From a candidate division WOR-3 bacterium (GTDB lineage Bacteria > Hydrothermota > Tepidihabitantia > SM23-42), in contig DAOVAN010000001.1 in the NCBI GenBank assembly GCA_030671005.1, positions 1 through 50,511 on the forward strand: 50,511 bases of DNA, in the 5' to 3' direction. The translations under genes were made by a program, and so were the position numbers. Below the pieces are notes generated by a model that saw only the letters and a list, made by a program, of their open reading frames with translations, ran no database searches and was not told where the DNA came from. Below are positions 28,151 to 36,069 of the stretch, piece by piece (positions within the stretch are counted from its first letter, which is position 1; the number at the start of each line of letters is the position of its first letter).

Positions 28151-30424
28151 TTACCATTTCAATAAATCTTTCAATTGTTCCTCAAATTCCTTCTTCTTCT
28201 GCTCGAACTCGTCCTTGAGTATACCACCGATCCGTTCTCTTATTCTATTCTTGTCCAATCTGAAGGTTGGTGAATTCAATCTACCGGACACGATGATGTC
28301 GACCACTGTCCTACCTTGCTTGTCTTCGAAGAATATCCAATCACCGTGGTATTTCTTCACCGTCCTGGAATGTTGCTTTGAAAGAGTTGCTGCGACGCGC
28401 AGGTCCACGTTGCCGTTGAGACCTATGGTACCGCTAGTCAAGAAATCACCCACCCGCGCGGAAAATATCCAGTCTTGGACGTCGGCTCGGCCATTGGCTA
28501 TCTTGAAGGAGCAACGCAGATTGTTGAATGGGACATTCTTGTGGTCCTTCAGTCCTAGCCAGCCAAGAAGTTTCGTCAGGAATGCAAAGTTATTGAATTC
28601 GCCTTCGTATACCATCAGATTACCCGTGGCATTGAGGTTAGACTTCACAGATCTTTGATCCAAACTCTTGCCCTGAAAGTCGCCCTGGCCACTGAGATCA
28701 CCTTTGAGCCGGTCAAAACGTAGAAAGCGTTGCAGTATTTTCTGAGCTGACACTGAGCGCATACGCGTGTTGATTCGATAAGGTTCTGGCGAATTCGCGT
28801 TGTAGTAGAAGTCTAGATATACTTGCCCGTCAAATGCCTCCGCCTGGCAATTCCGTACATCAACTATGCCTTCTTTATATTCGAACTTGGTATTTATGTT
28901 CTTAAATTCCATGTCCATGCCAATAAGCCTTTTGATATTCAACATACCCTTCAGTGTAATTGGCAGTGCTTTGCCTTTCGGCGCTTGTCCTCGTGTTTTT
29001 GGAAGGAGTTCATCCAGATCAATGTAATTCGAGCGGTTGTTTATCTGGACGACTGGTCTTTTGAAATTGGATATTTGACCGCTTAATGAGAAATCCGAAC
29101 GACCGATCTTACCTTTGCAACTGCCGATCCTGAGAGCATCCTCTTTGAAAGTTCCGTTGAGATTGAGATCACTTATCGGTTTTTCAAGGCCAATGCCGCC
29201 GATGCGCGCTCCGTTGATCTTGATGCCACCGAGGTACCGGAGATCATCGATCTTGCCCTTCAGGGTAATATTTGATGCTACGGTTCCGGAAAGTTCGATG
29301 TCTTTCAGATCATTTGTCAGGCCTTGAAAGTCCTTCAGGTTTCCATCTATTGCAGCGCTGATATCCAAGCGCGGTTTCTTGCCAAGACCAGAGACCCTGC
29401 CTTCAATACTGAATTCGGTGGTTCCGATACGGCCTTTGAGAACGATATCCCTGATAGAAGAGAGATCAAACGCGAAGGTGCCATTGATCTTCTCGATGGC
29501 ACGCGTCATACCCTTTGCAATGACCTCTACCTCCTTTATTTCACAATGCCCGTCGATTCTAGGGTCTTTCGTTGTACCCGCAAGAGCGAAATCGGCCTCG
29601 ACAGCACCACGCAGTTCCTCGGGCCGGATGTCCTTCGGTATGAGGTCTTTCAGTCTGGACATGTCGTCGATTCTCAATTCGCCTTCGAGATCGAGCATTT
29701 TGCTTTCTTTCACTATACCAGTAATACTGAGTTGCATTGGCTTACCGCGAATGGTGATATTCCGGACCTCGACGTTCTTTGTCAGCGTATCATAATCGAG
29801 ATCATTGCGCAATTCGAGCTGTAGTTCTGGAAGTTCTCTGCTTTCGGGAACAACAGCGTTCAGTTTACCCGAGACTACGATCTTGTTGCGGTAAAATCTT
29901 ACCTTCTGATTGATGTCACGGACCACGTACTCGGAGCGTGTGATGGCATCATGATACCGTAACTCGCTATCGTAGATATTCAATTCCGAAAGGGCAAAAC
30001 CCCAGCCTGTTCCTTCCGCTTCACGCGGCATTAGGCCGGTGAAGTTGAGTTCTTTGTTCCTATTGCGTTCAAGATTGATTGTCATTCGATCAAGATTGAT
30101 GCTACTTATTGCTACTTGTCTGCGAAGCAGCGGTAACAGTCGGATATTCAAAGTAGTCTGTCCGATTTCCATCATTGACCCGGGACTATATCCTTTAGTG
30201 TTGGGGATTGAAATGTCATCAATGGTGATGCCGATCCCAAGACCAATTTTCAATCCTACCTTGCCGATCTCGACTGGACGCTGTACTACTTCGCTTGCAA
30301 TCTTCTGCGCGATTGCCTGCATATACTTCGGCGTAAAGAAAGATTTCAGTGCGAAATAACCAGCAAGGAGGAGGATTATTATTATTATGGCGGTTGCCAA
30401 AAGAATTTTAAGTAGCCTATTCAT
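28151..30424 (-). CDS. AsmA-family outer-membrane biogenesis protein
   Basis: 757 aa with an N-terminal TM anchor, then a long repetitive beta-rich region and a family-like C-terminus. The assignment rests on overall architecture only. Confidence 0.55.
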   Translation of the reverse strand: MNRLLKILLATAIIIIILLLAGYFALKSFFTPKYMQAIAQKIASEVVQRPVEIGKVGLKIGLGIGITIDDISIPNTKGYSPGSMMEIGQTTLNIRLLPLLRRQVAISSINLDRMTINLERNRNKELNFTGLMPREAEGTGWGFALSELNIYDSELRYHDAITRSEYVVRDINQKVRFYRNKIVVSGKLNAVVPESRELPELQLELRNDLDYDTLTKNVEVRNITIRGKPMQLSITGIVKESKMLDLEGELRIDDMSRLKDLIPKDIRPEELRGAVEADFALAGTTKDPRIDGHCEIKEVEVIAKGMTRAIEKINGTFAFDLSSIRDIVLKGRIGTTEFSIEGRVSGLGKKPRLDISAAIDGNLKDFQGLTNDLKDIELSGTVASNITLKGKIDDLRYLGGIKINGARIGGIGLEKPISDLNLNGTFKEDALRIGSCKGKIGRSDFSLSGQISNFKRPVVQINNRSNYIDLDELLPKTRGQAPKGKALPITLKGMLNIKRLIGMDMEFKNINTKFEYKEGIVDVRNCQAEAFDGQVYLDFYYNANSPEPYRINTRMRSVSAQKILQRFLRFDRLKGDLSGQGDFQGKSLDQRSVKSNLNATGNLMVYEGEFNNFAFLTKLLGWLGLKDHKNVPFNNLRCSFKIANGRADVQDWIFSARVGDFLTSGTIGLNGNVDLRVAATLSKQHSRTVKKYHGDWIFFEDKQGRTVVDIIVSGRLNSPTFRLDKNRIRERIGGILKDEFEQKKKEFEEQLKDLLKW

Positions 30425-30469
30425 TTGTATCTATTCCTCAATATACTACTCTCTTGTGATTTGAAAGAA

Positions 30470-31132
30470 CTACATCAAGAATTTATGTATGAACGTCCAG
30501 AAAGCTGGCGCGCCAGCAAAAGATTGACCAAAAAAGGAGACAAATGGTCCGATCCAACCCCAGAGAATAGGAATGCCGGTGATCCTATCAAAGAATATTA
30601 GAGCAAGCAGGAGCATGAATCCGTACCGCTCCAGCCAGTATTGAACATTGGCGTATTTGGGTGGTAAAAGGCTGAACAAAGCCTTCGAACCATCCAGCGG
30701 AGGTATCGGTATAAGATTGAAGGCGGATAGGATTAGACTATAAAATAGGGCAAACCCTATGAGACCGCCGATGGGCAGTAGGATATCGTTGTGCAGCAAA
30801 TCAGGGAAGAGGCGCAGTATGAGACCCAAGGGTATCGCGAAGAGCAGATTGGATAACGGTCCAGCGATCGAGGTGTACAGTATTCCCTTTTTCATGTCGC
30901 GGAAGTTGTAGGGATTAATAGGCACCGGCTTAGCCCATCCAAATCTGAATACCAGAAATGCGATGAATCCGAATATGTCTATGTGTTTGATCGGATTCAG
31001 GGTCAGCCTTCCGGCGAATTTTGCCGTCGGGTCGCCGAGGCGGTATGCTACATATCCATGAAAGTATTCATGTACTGTGATTACTATGAGTATTGCCGGG
31101 AGTGAAATGACGAGGCCAAAGGCGGTGTTCAT
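30470..31132 (-). CDS. M50-family (site-2 protease-like) membrane metalloprotease
   Basis: 220 aa, polytopic, with HEYFHG (HExxH) in the first TM and PIPPLDGS later. Confidence 0.75.
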   Translation of the reverse strand: MNTAFGLVISLPAILIVITVHEYFHGYVAYRLGDPTAKFAGRLTLNPIKHIDIFGFIAFLVFRFGWAKPVPINPYNFRDMKKGILYTSIAGPLSNLLFAIPLGLILRLFPDLLHNDILLPIGGLIGFALFYSLILSAFNLIPIPPLDGSKALFSLLPPKYANVQYWLERYGFMLLLALIFFDRITGIPILWGWIGPFVSFFGQSFAGAPAFWTFIHKFLM

Positions 31133-32313
31133 CTTTTTTTCATTGCCTTCAGGTACTCGATTGCCTGTTTTCTGTTCCTCAGTTTTTTGTCGAGCTGCAT
31201 GTCGAAAGTCTTTTTCAATATTTTCTGAAATCTTCTGTCTTCTTGGAAACCATATCGCCGCAAATCTTTACCCGTGATCAAAGGTTTTACTCTCTGCAGA
31301 TTATTGAATGTCTTGGTCTTTTCGTGCAGCTCTGGCTTGATTTGCGGTAGTGCCTCTATCACCTCATCCGCAATAGGGGATAGTATACTGTAAATGGTGC
31401 TTCTTTTGCTCGCTTTATTCAATTTCGTGATGATTTCAGATATGAGGCGGAAGTCAGCAACAATCTTTTGCTCGTCCTTGGTGAGTGGTATACTAGGTTT
31501 GGTCAACTTGGAAAGGAAGAAATAGAATGCAAGGGCGCTCGATGGAGGCATCAGTTTGAGGTCATGACGCTTAAGGGCAAAGATGCCGTAATGTGCTAAA
31601 TCCTCGATTGTCTGGTGGTAGCTATCTTCGGAGAATATGAGCCGTATTTCATTGAGAATGCGCTGCCCGCTCAACTTCGAGACCATTTCTTTCTCGATGG
31701 CTTCCTGCATCAAACGCTCGCTGTCTTCTTCCATCTTGAATCCGAAGCGGTTCTTATACCTGAGGGCACGGAAAATGCGCGTTGGGTCGTCGATGAAGCT
31801 ATTTCTGTGAAGAATCCTTACGAGCTTCTTTTTTATGTCGTTCATGCCTTCAAACGGATCAAATATCTCACCGAAATTCTCTCTGGAGATCGACATAGCT
31901 ATCGCGTTGATCGTGAAGTCTCGCCGATTCAAGTCTTCGACTATTGTAGAGGGGTAGACATGAGGAAGGTGTGCTGGGGAGGGATATTTCTCAGTGCGTG
32001 CACTCGCTAAATCAACACGGTGGTTGTTGATCCCGATCGAGGCCGTGCCAAATTCATCGTGTTTCGTGAGCTTTCCTTTTAGCTTTGAATTCAATTTCCT
32101 GGCGATCTTGACGCCATCACCCTCGACGACAACGTCAATGTCCACGGATTCGCGCCCCAGCGTTGAATCCCGGACATAACCGCCTACAAGATATGCGTGG
32201 TATTCGGACTTTACAAAGAAATCAATTACTTTTCTTAAAACCGATTTCTTTCTTCGTTTTGCCGAAGATCTTAATTTTGTCAAAATTCTCCTCGTATTTC
32301 CTGATGTTGTCAT
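31129..32313 (-). CDS. cca: tRNA nucleotidyltransferase (CCA-adding) / poly(A) polymerase family; start uncertain
   Basis: It has the head-domain motif AYLVGGYVRDSTLGRESVDIDVVVEGD and RDFTINA. The listed ATG would overlap the upstream gene by 92 nt. Confidence 0.75.
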   Translation of the reverse strand: MTTSGNTRRILTKLRSSAKRRKKSVLRKVIDFFVKSEYHAYLVGGYVRDSTLGRESVDIDVVVEGDGVKIARKLNSKLKGKLTKHDEFGTASIGINNHRVDLASARTEKYPSPAHLPHVYPSTIVEDLNRRDFTINAIAMSISRENFGEIFDPFEGMNDIKKKLVRILHRNSFIDDPTRIFRALRYKNRFGFKMEEDSERLMQEAIEKEMVSKLSGQRILNEIRLIFSEDSYHQTIEDLAHYGIFALKRHDLKLMPPSSALAFYFFLSKLTKPSIPLTKDEQKIVADFRLISEIITKLNKASKRSTIYSILSPIADEVIEALPQIKPELHEKTKTFNNLQRVKPLITGKDLRRYGFQEDRRFQKILKKTFDMQLDKKLRNRKQAIEYLKAMKKR

Positions 32314-32518
32314 CCAGGGCGTTTTTCAAGAGCAGGACGTTCTGTGGTGTCATGATGATGCGCGTGAACACCTTTGCTTTCTGGGCACCAGGCAGAAAGC
32401 GCAGAAAATCGAGAATAAACTCTGATGGTGTATGATGAATGCCAACCCCATTGGCATATATACCCTCTGACTGTTCGGGACTTATTTCGATATTTAGGGG
32501 TTTTTTAGCCTCTTCCAT
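32222..32518 (-). CDS. DUF3467-family small protein
   Basis: 98 aa. The block GIYANGVGIHHTPSEFILDFLRFLPGAQKAKVFTRIIMTPQNVLLLKNAL matches my memory of DUF3467. The SD aaggag lies 7 nt upstream. Confidence 0.7.
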   Translation of the reverse strand: MEEAKKPLNIEISPEQSEGIYANGVGIHHTPSEFILDFLRFLPGAQKAKVFTRIIMTPQNVLLLKNALDDNIRKYEENFDKIKIFGKTKKEIGFKKSN

Positions 32519-32536
32519 ATCAAATCTCCTTTTAGA

Positions 32537-32564
32537 ATTATACCTGAATATGTAAAGAAGTCAA
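32537..32564 (-). promoter_or_regulatory. Sigma70-type promoter of the DUF3467-cca-M50-asmA-mutM operon (leadered)
   Basis: On the minus strand: TTGACT (32564-32559), a 16-nt spacer, TATAAT (32542-32537), then an 18-nt leader containing aaggag before ATG 32518. Confidence 0.7.
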
Positions 32565-32635
32565 CACACAGGGCAGGGGCTAGTCCCGCAAAGTGTTATA
32601 TCTCCGATATGATTGGATTTGCGAGGTTTGTCGAT

Positions 32636-32863
32636 TCTCGTAGAGTCGCCGAGACTCTACGGAGATCCTCGATAAATTCCCCTCGATACACTCGGGACAG
32701 GCAGGACAGATTCATCGTGCCAATAATCCACCCCTGTAGTTGCCCAATCCTTCGACAAGCTCAGGACAGGTTCATTGGGCTACCAATAACACTGTGAAAA
32801 ACACCTGATAAATCAGGTAACTACAAGGCTTGGGGTATAAATGGCGCCACTACAGGTTTCCAC
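32636..32863 (+). repeat. Composite intergenic element, copy 2 (GTAG-headed hairpin modules, REP-like)
   Basis: See copy 1 for the matches. Hairpins: cgtagagtc/gactctacg at 32639-32661; gcccaat/attgggc at 32742-32780; acctgat/atcaggt at 32803-32818. An internal degenerate duplication pairs aggacagattcatcgtgccaataa (32703-32726) with aggacaggttcattgggctaccaataa (32763-32789). Confidence 0.75.
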
Positions 32864-33253
32864 TATAAATTGAATAGATACGGCACACAAAGCAGGGCTT
32901 AGCAATTTCCATAAAAATACGATCACATGGGATCGTGTTATGCAGTGTTACGATTTATGTATGGTTTTGAAAAAAAGCCAGGCTTTTTCGCCTGCCGAGG
33001 GGAATCTGCACAGTACATATATTCCTTTAAGCAAATTACCTAAAAGCTTGATTTTCAGTGAATTATTAGTTCTTTCTAATAATTCATATTCACCTCTATC
33101 CCAGATCTTCACGGTCCTGGCTCCGTTTTGATTGCAAGCCGTTTAATGCCCGTTTTTCTAGGTGGTCTCTTGGGCATTGCCCAAGATTTCAACACATTAT
33201 CTTGTTCGAGCCTGAAATCCCAGTGTGGTCGCTTAGTGTGGTGTTCGTGTACG

Positions 33254-33277
33254 ACAAAAAGGGGCATTTATTGCCCC
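33254..33277 (-). terminator. Intrinsic terminator of the GH84 gene
   Basis: On the minus strand: ggggca-ataaa-tgcccc followed by ttttt. The stop codon sits in the loop. Confidence 0.6.
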
Positions 33278-34113
33278 ATTGCCTTGACCGCCTGTTTCCA
33301 TGCTTTTTTTGGGTCATAATTGTAGGGATCTGCGAAGAATTGCGCAGCCGTATGGATCAAGGGCTTTGATTGCCGGTAGTTGTTCATCGGGTTGAGAACA
33401 ATACCCCTGATTTTCTTGATAATATCAGGTGCGCGTTCTCGATAAGGGAAGCGCAGAATCCGGCCCGGGATATAGTCATTGGCGAAGATGTTGTCCCAGA
33501 TCAACACTGGCCGCTGCAGGATTTGTGTGATCTTATCAACATCTGATTCGGTTATCTCTTGCGAAACGACATGCTTTCCCGTCCAAAAAATATCGATCTT
33601 GCTGTGTAGGCTTGTGCTTATATATGCAATGTATTCGGTTTTCTCAAACCCTCGGTACTGGGTGGGGCAGAAAGAGAGTGTTGCTTTATGAAGCTTGCTC
33701 ATGAGATACTCATAAAGTCGATTGGTGAGCTGCACCTGTGATTCAGCCGTTGTTTGTGTCAAGGGAACATCTATGTCGTCAAAAAAGATGCTGAAATTTG
33801 TTACGCCGAGCTCTTTTATTGAATCGATCTTCTTAATCACTTCTCGTATATTGGGTTTGTGAAGGGGAGTCAAGGCATAGACAAAGTTGATTGAACGTGC
33901 CTCGCACCGTTCGTTCAACTTTGCGAATTCATGGAGTTTTGCTCGTGGATATGCTCTATGCCAATTCTCACGGTGGTACTGGTCAGCCTTTGGTCCGTAA
34001 ATATACGTATTGAGTTCGAGAGGGGAGATGAAATCGATTAGATCGAGTCTTTGTTTGAATGTGTAGGGACGCCGGTAAAAACCCTCGACAATGCCAAAAA
34101 GCTTATTTGGCAC
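33268..34113 (-). CDS. GH84-family beta-N-acetylglucosaminidase (O-GlcNAcase-like), catalytic domain only
   Basis: 281 aa. The block FGIVEGFYRRPYTFKQRLDLIDF...LNTYIYGPKADQYHRENWHRAYP and the catalytic Asp pair in FSIFFDDIDV are collinear with NagJ-type GH84 enzymes. Confidence 0.75.
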   Translation of the reverse strand: MPNKLFGIVEGFYRRPYTFKQRLDLIDFISPLELNTYIYGPKADQYHRENWHRAYPRAKLHEFAKLNERCEARSINFVYALTPLHKPNIREVIKKIDSIKELGVTNFSIFFDDIDVPLTQTTAESQVQLTNRLYEYLMSKLHKATLSFCPTQYRGFEKTEYIAYISTSLHSKIDIFWTGKHVVSQEITESDVDKITQILQRPVLIWDNIFANDYIPGRILRFPYRERAPDIIKKIRGIVLNPMNNYRQSKPLIHTAAQFFADPYNYDPKKAWKQAVKAMGQ

Positions 34114-34369
34114 TCTTCAGTTCCCTCAGGAGAAAAATCCAGTCCGCGGGTTCATCCTGCAACTTCGATATTTCCCGGTCAGGGTCTATATTATGTTTCT
34201 TCTTTAGTGCGTTCAGTGAATCCTCTAGTTCCCCAGGATCACTTACCGTTTCTCTTATCTGTTTTTCTTCTTGGAGATATTCAGCAAATTCATCGGTCGT
34301 TGCGGGTTTGCTGCAAAAAATCGTAGTGAGTAGTATTCCCAAAACCAAAGAGTTCCTGGCAGTGATCAC
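34103..34369 (-). CDS. Small lipoprotein (hypothetical)
   Basis: 88 aa with a signal peptide and lipobox (LLTTIFCS) followed by an acidic helical region. Confidence 0.5.
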   Translation of the reverse strand: MITARNSLVLGILLTTIFCSKPATTDEFAEYLQEEKQIRETVSDPGELEDSLNALKKKHNIDPDREISKLQDEPADWIFLLRELKSAK

Positions 34370-34379
34370 GACTGTTCTT

Positions 34380-35207
34380 TTAGCGCCACAAGAAATATAA
34401 CTTGGGTAATGTAATGTGTTCCATTGGCGTTGTCAGAATATCGATCAGGCTCAATCGCTTCGGTGGGTAGATTAGATGCGGTTTTTCAATACCGGCAAGA
34501 TCACCCGCGATATCGACCGCCACTTCAAACGAGCCAAGGGTATCAATAAATCCTAGTTCTTTTGCTTGACGTCCGGTAAACACGCGGCCATCTGCATACT
34601 TCAATACGCTGTCCATTGGTATGTTGCGGTGTTCAGAAGTCACCGTGACAAACTGGTCGTATACATCGGTGACGACCTCCTGCATCAATCTTCTTTCTCG
34701 CTCGGTCAATCTGCGATGGGTTGAGCCGATATCTTTGTGCTCTCTTGATTTTATGACTTCGAATTCTATACCCACCTTCTGCAATAACTTCTCGAGAACA
34801 GGCCATTCCATGATTACTCCAATTGAACCGGTGACCGTTCCCGGATTCGCAACAATGACATCACTTGGCAGAGCAATATAATAGGCACCTGATGCCGCAA
34901 CCGATTCCATGGACGCGATGATGGGTTTCTTGCCGGTCTGGCGTGCTATTACATCGTATACTTCCTGAGACGCCGCGACAACACCACCTGGCGAGTTGAT
35001 TCTGAGTATGATTGCCTTGATCGATGGGTCATCGGCGAAATTCTTGATATCCCCTGTAATGTGTTTTGCAGAATAGATAATGCCCTTGATTTCGACAACC
35101 CCGATACTTCCACCTGGCACATGCCCGCGCATGCCGTAGCCCATCATCAGTCCTACTATTATCACGGCTATTATCACTGCAGTGATTATTATGTATTTAG
35201 TTTGCAT
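34380..35207 (-). CDS. sppA: Signal peptide peptidase SppA, 36K type (S49)
   Basis: 275 aa with an N-terminal TM, SPGGVVAAS, and the catalytic-serine block ESVAASGAYYIA. Confidence 0.85.
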   Translation of the reverse strand: MQTKYIIITAVIIAVIIVGLMMGYGMRGHVPGGSIGVVEIKGIIYSAKHITGDIKNFADDPSIKAIILRINSPGGVVAASQEVYDVIARQTGKKPIIASMESVAASGAYYIALPSDVIVANPGTVTGSIGVIMEWPVLEKLLQKVGIEFEVIKSREHKDIGSTHRRLTERERRLMQEVVTDVYDQFVTVTSEHRNIPMDSVLKYADGRVFTGRQAKELGFIDTLGSFEVAVDIAGDLAGIEKPHLIYPPKRLSLIDILTTPMEHITLPKLYFLWR

Positions 35208-35313
35208 CGGCCCTCCACATTATCTCTTGGTGAAATGAATTATTATTTGAAATATCATCTATCTTTGGATAATTTCTCGCCCTTCATTCTCAAAGCTAGA
35301 TAGAGTTCGGCGT

Positions 35314-36069
35314 TCACTCTTGGATAATTGTTTCCATCGATTTCTTCAACGTTTCGATGTCCACCTTGGTGACGAGCTTACCTTTATATGCAAAAGCCAT
35401 GTTCCCTGTTTCCTCAGATACTACAATGCACAGAGCATCACTCTGTTCTGCCATGCCAAGGGCTGCGCGATGGCGTAGGCCGTATGTCATGCCGAGACTA
35501 GGATTTTCGCTTAAAGGAAGAATACAACCCGCAGCGATAATCTTATCTCCTTGAATGACACATGCACCATCATGTAACGGCGTTTCCGGGAAGAATATCG
35601 TGCGTAGCAACGAGGAATTCACCTGTGCATCGATATGTACTCCGGTGTCGATGATATCTTTCAATCCTATGCTCTTCTGCATTACAATCAGCGCACCGAT
35701 TCGATCGTCCGCCATCTTTCTCACCGCATCGACGATCTCATCAGTCACACTCGCTTCCTCCAATTTGAGAAAGAACTTGACTGGCCGTTGCCGACCTATG
35801 CGGGCTAGGGCGTTTCTTATCTCAGGTTGAAAGACTATAACGAAGGCAACGACCCAGAGTGCAAGGATCGAATTCATTATCCATGAGAGTGCTTTTAGAT
35901 CGAGCCACCGCGATATGAATGAGATGAAGAAGAAGAGGACAAGACCAACAAGTATGGATGTGGCTTTAGTCCCTTTCACGAATCTAAAGAAAGCATACAG
36001 CAGAAAGGCGACCACAATGATATCTACAATATCAATGGCTCTGAGCGGTAGAAATCCGAAAAGCTTCAT
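35314..36069 (-). CDS. cdaA: Diadenylate cyclase CdaA
   Basis: 251 aa with three N-terminal TM helices and a DAC domain carrying LHDGACVI and GLRHRAALG. Confidence 0.9.
   Translation of the reverse strand: MKLFGFLPLRAIDIVDIIVVAFLLYAFFRFVKGTKATSILVGLVLFFFISFISRWLDLKALSWIMNSILALWVVAFVIVFQPEIRNALARIGRQRPVKFFLKLEEASVTDEIVDAVRKMADDRIGALIVMQKSIGLKDIIDTGVHIDAQVNSSLLRTIFFPETPLHDGACVIQGDKIIAAGCILPLSENPSLGMTYGLRHRAALGMAEQSDALCIVVSEETGNMAFAYKGKLVTKVDIETLKKSMETIIQE

Noticed and set aside
27819-28658. Long antisense ORFs inside conserved genes. Examples: 27819-28658 (279 aa) opposite mutM/asmA, 24615-25223 (202 aa) opposite valS, 177-758 opposite the SucC-like gene, 20250-20717 opposite nadB, 29324-29824 opposite asmA, and 40736-41185 opposite yidD/yidC.
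   Set aside because: Each lies opposite a gene with unambiguous family motifs. They are Ser/Leu/Arg/Cys-rich as expected for antisense frames, lack initiation signals and show no domain resemblance.
32609-33319. Three plus-strand ORFs (32609-32797, 32940-33131, 33128-33319) in the large gap upstream of the DUF3467 operon
   Set aside because: They run across the REP-like composite element and hairpins, giving peptides such as ...RQAQDRF... that are typical of translated repeats. They have no SD or promoter in front and no recognisable domain. The last one also runs antisense into the 3' end of the GH84 gene.
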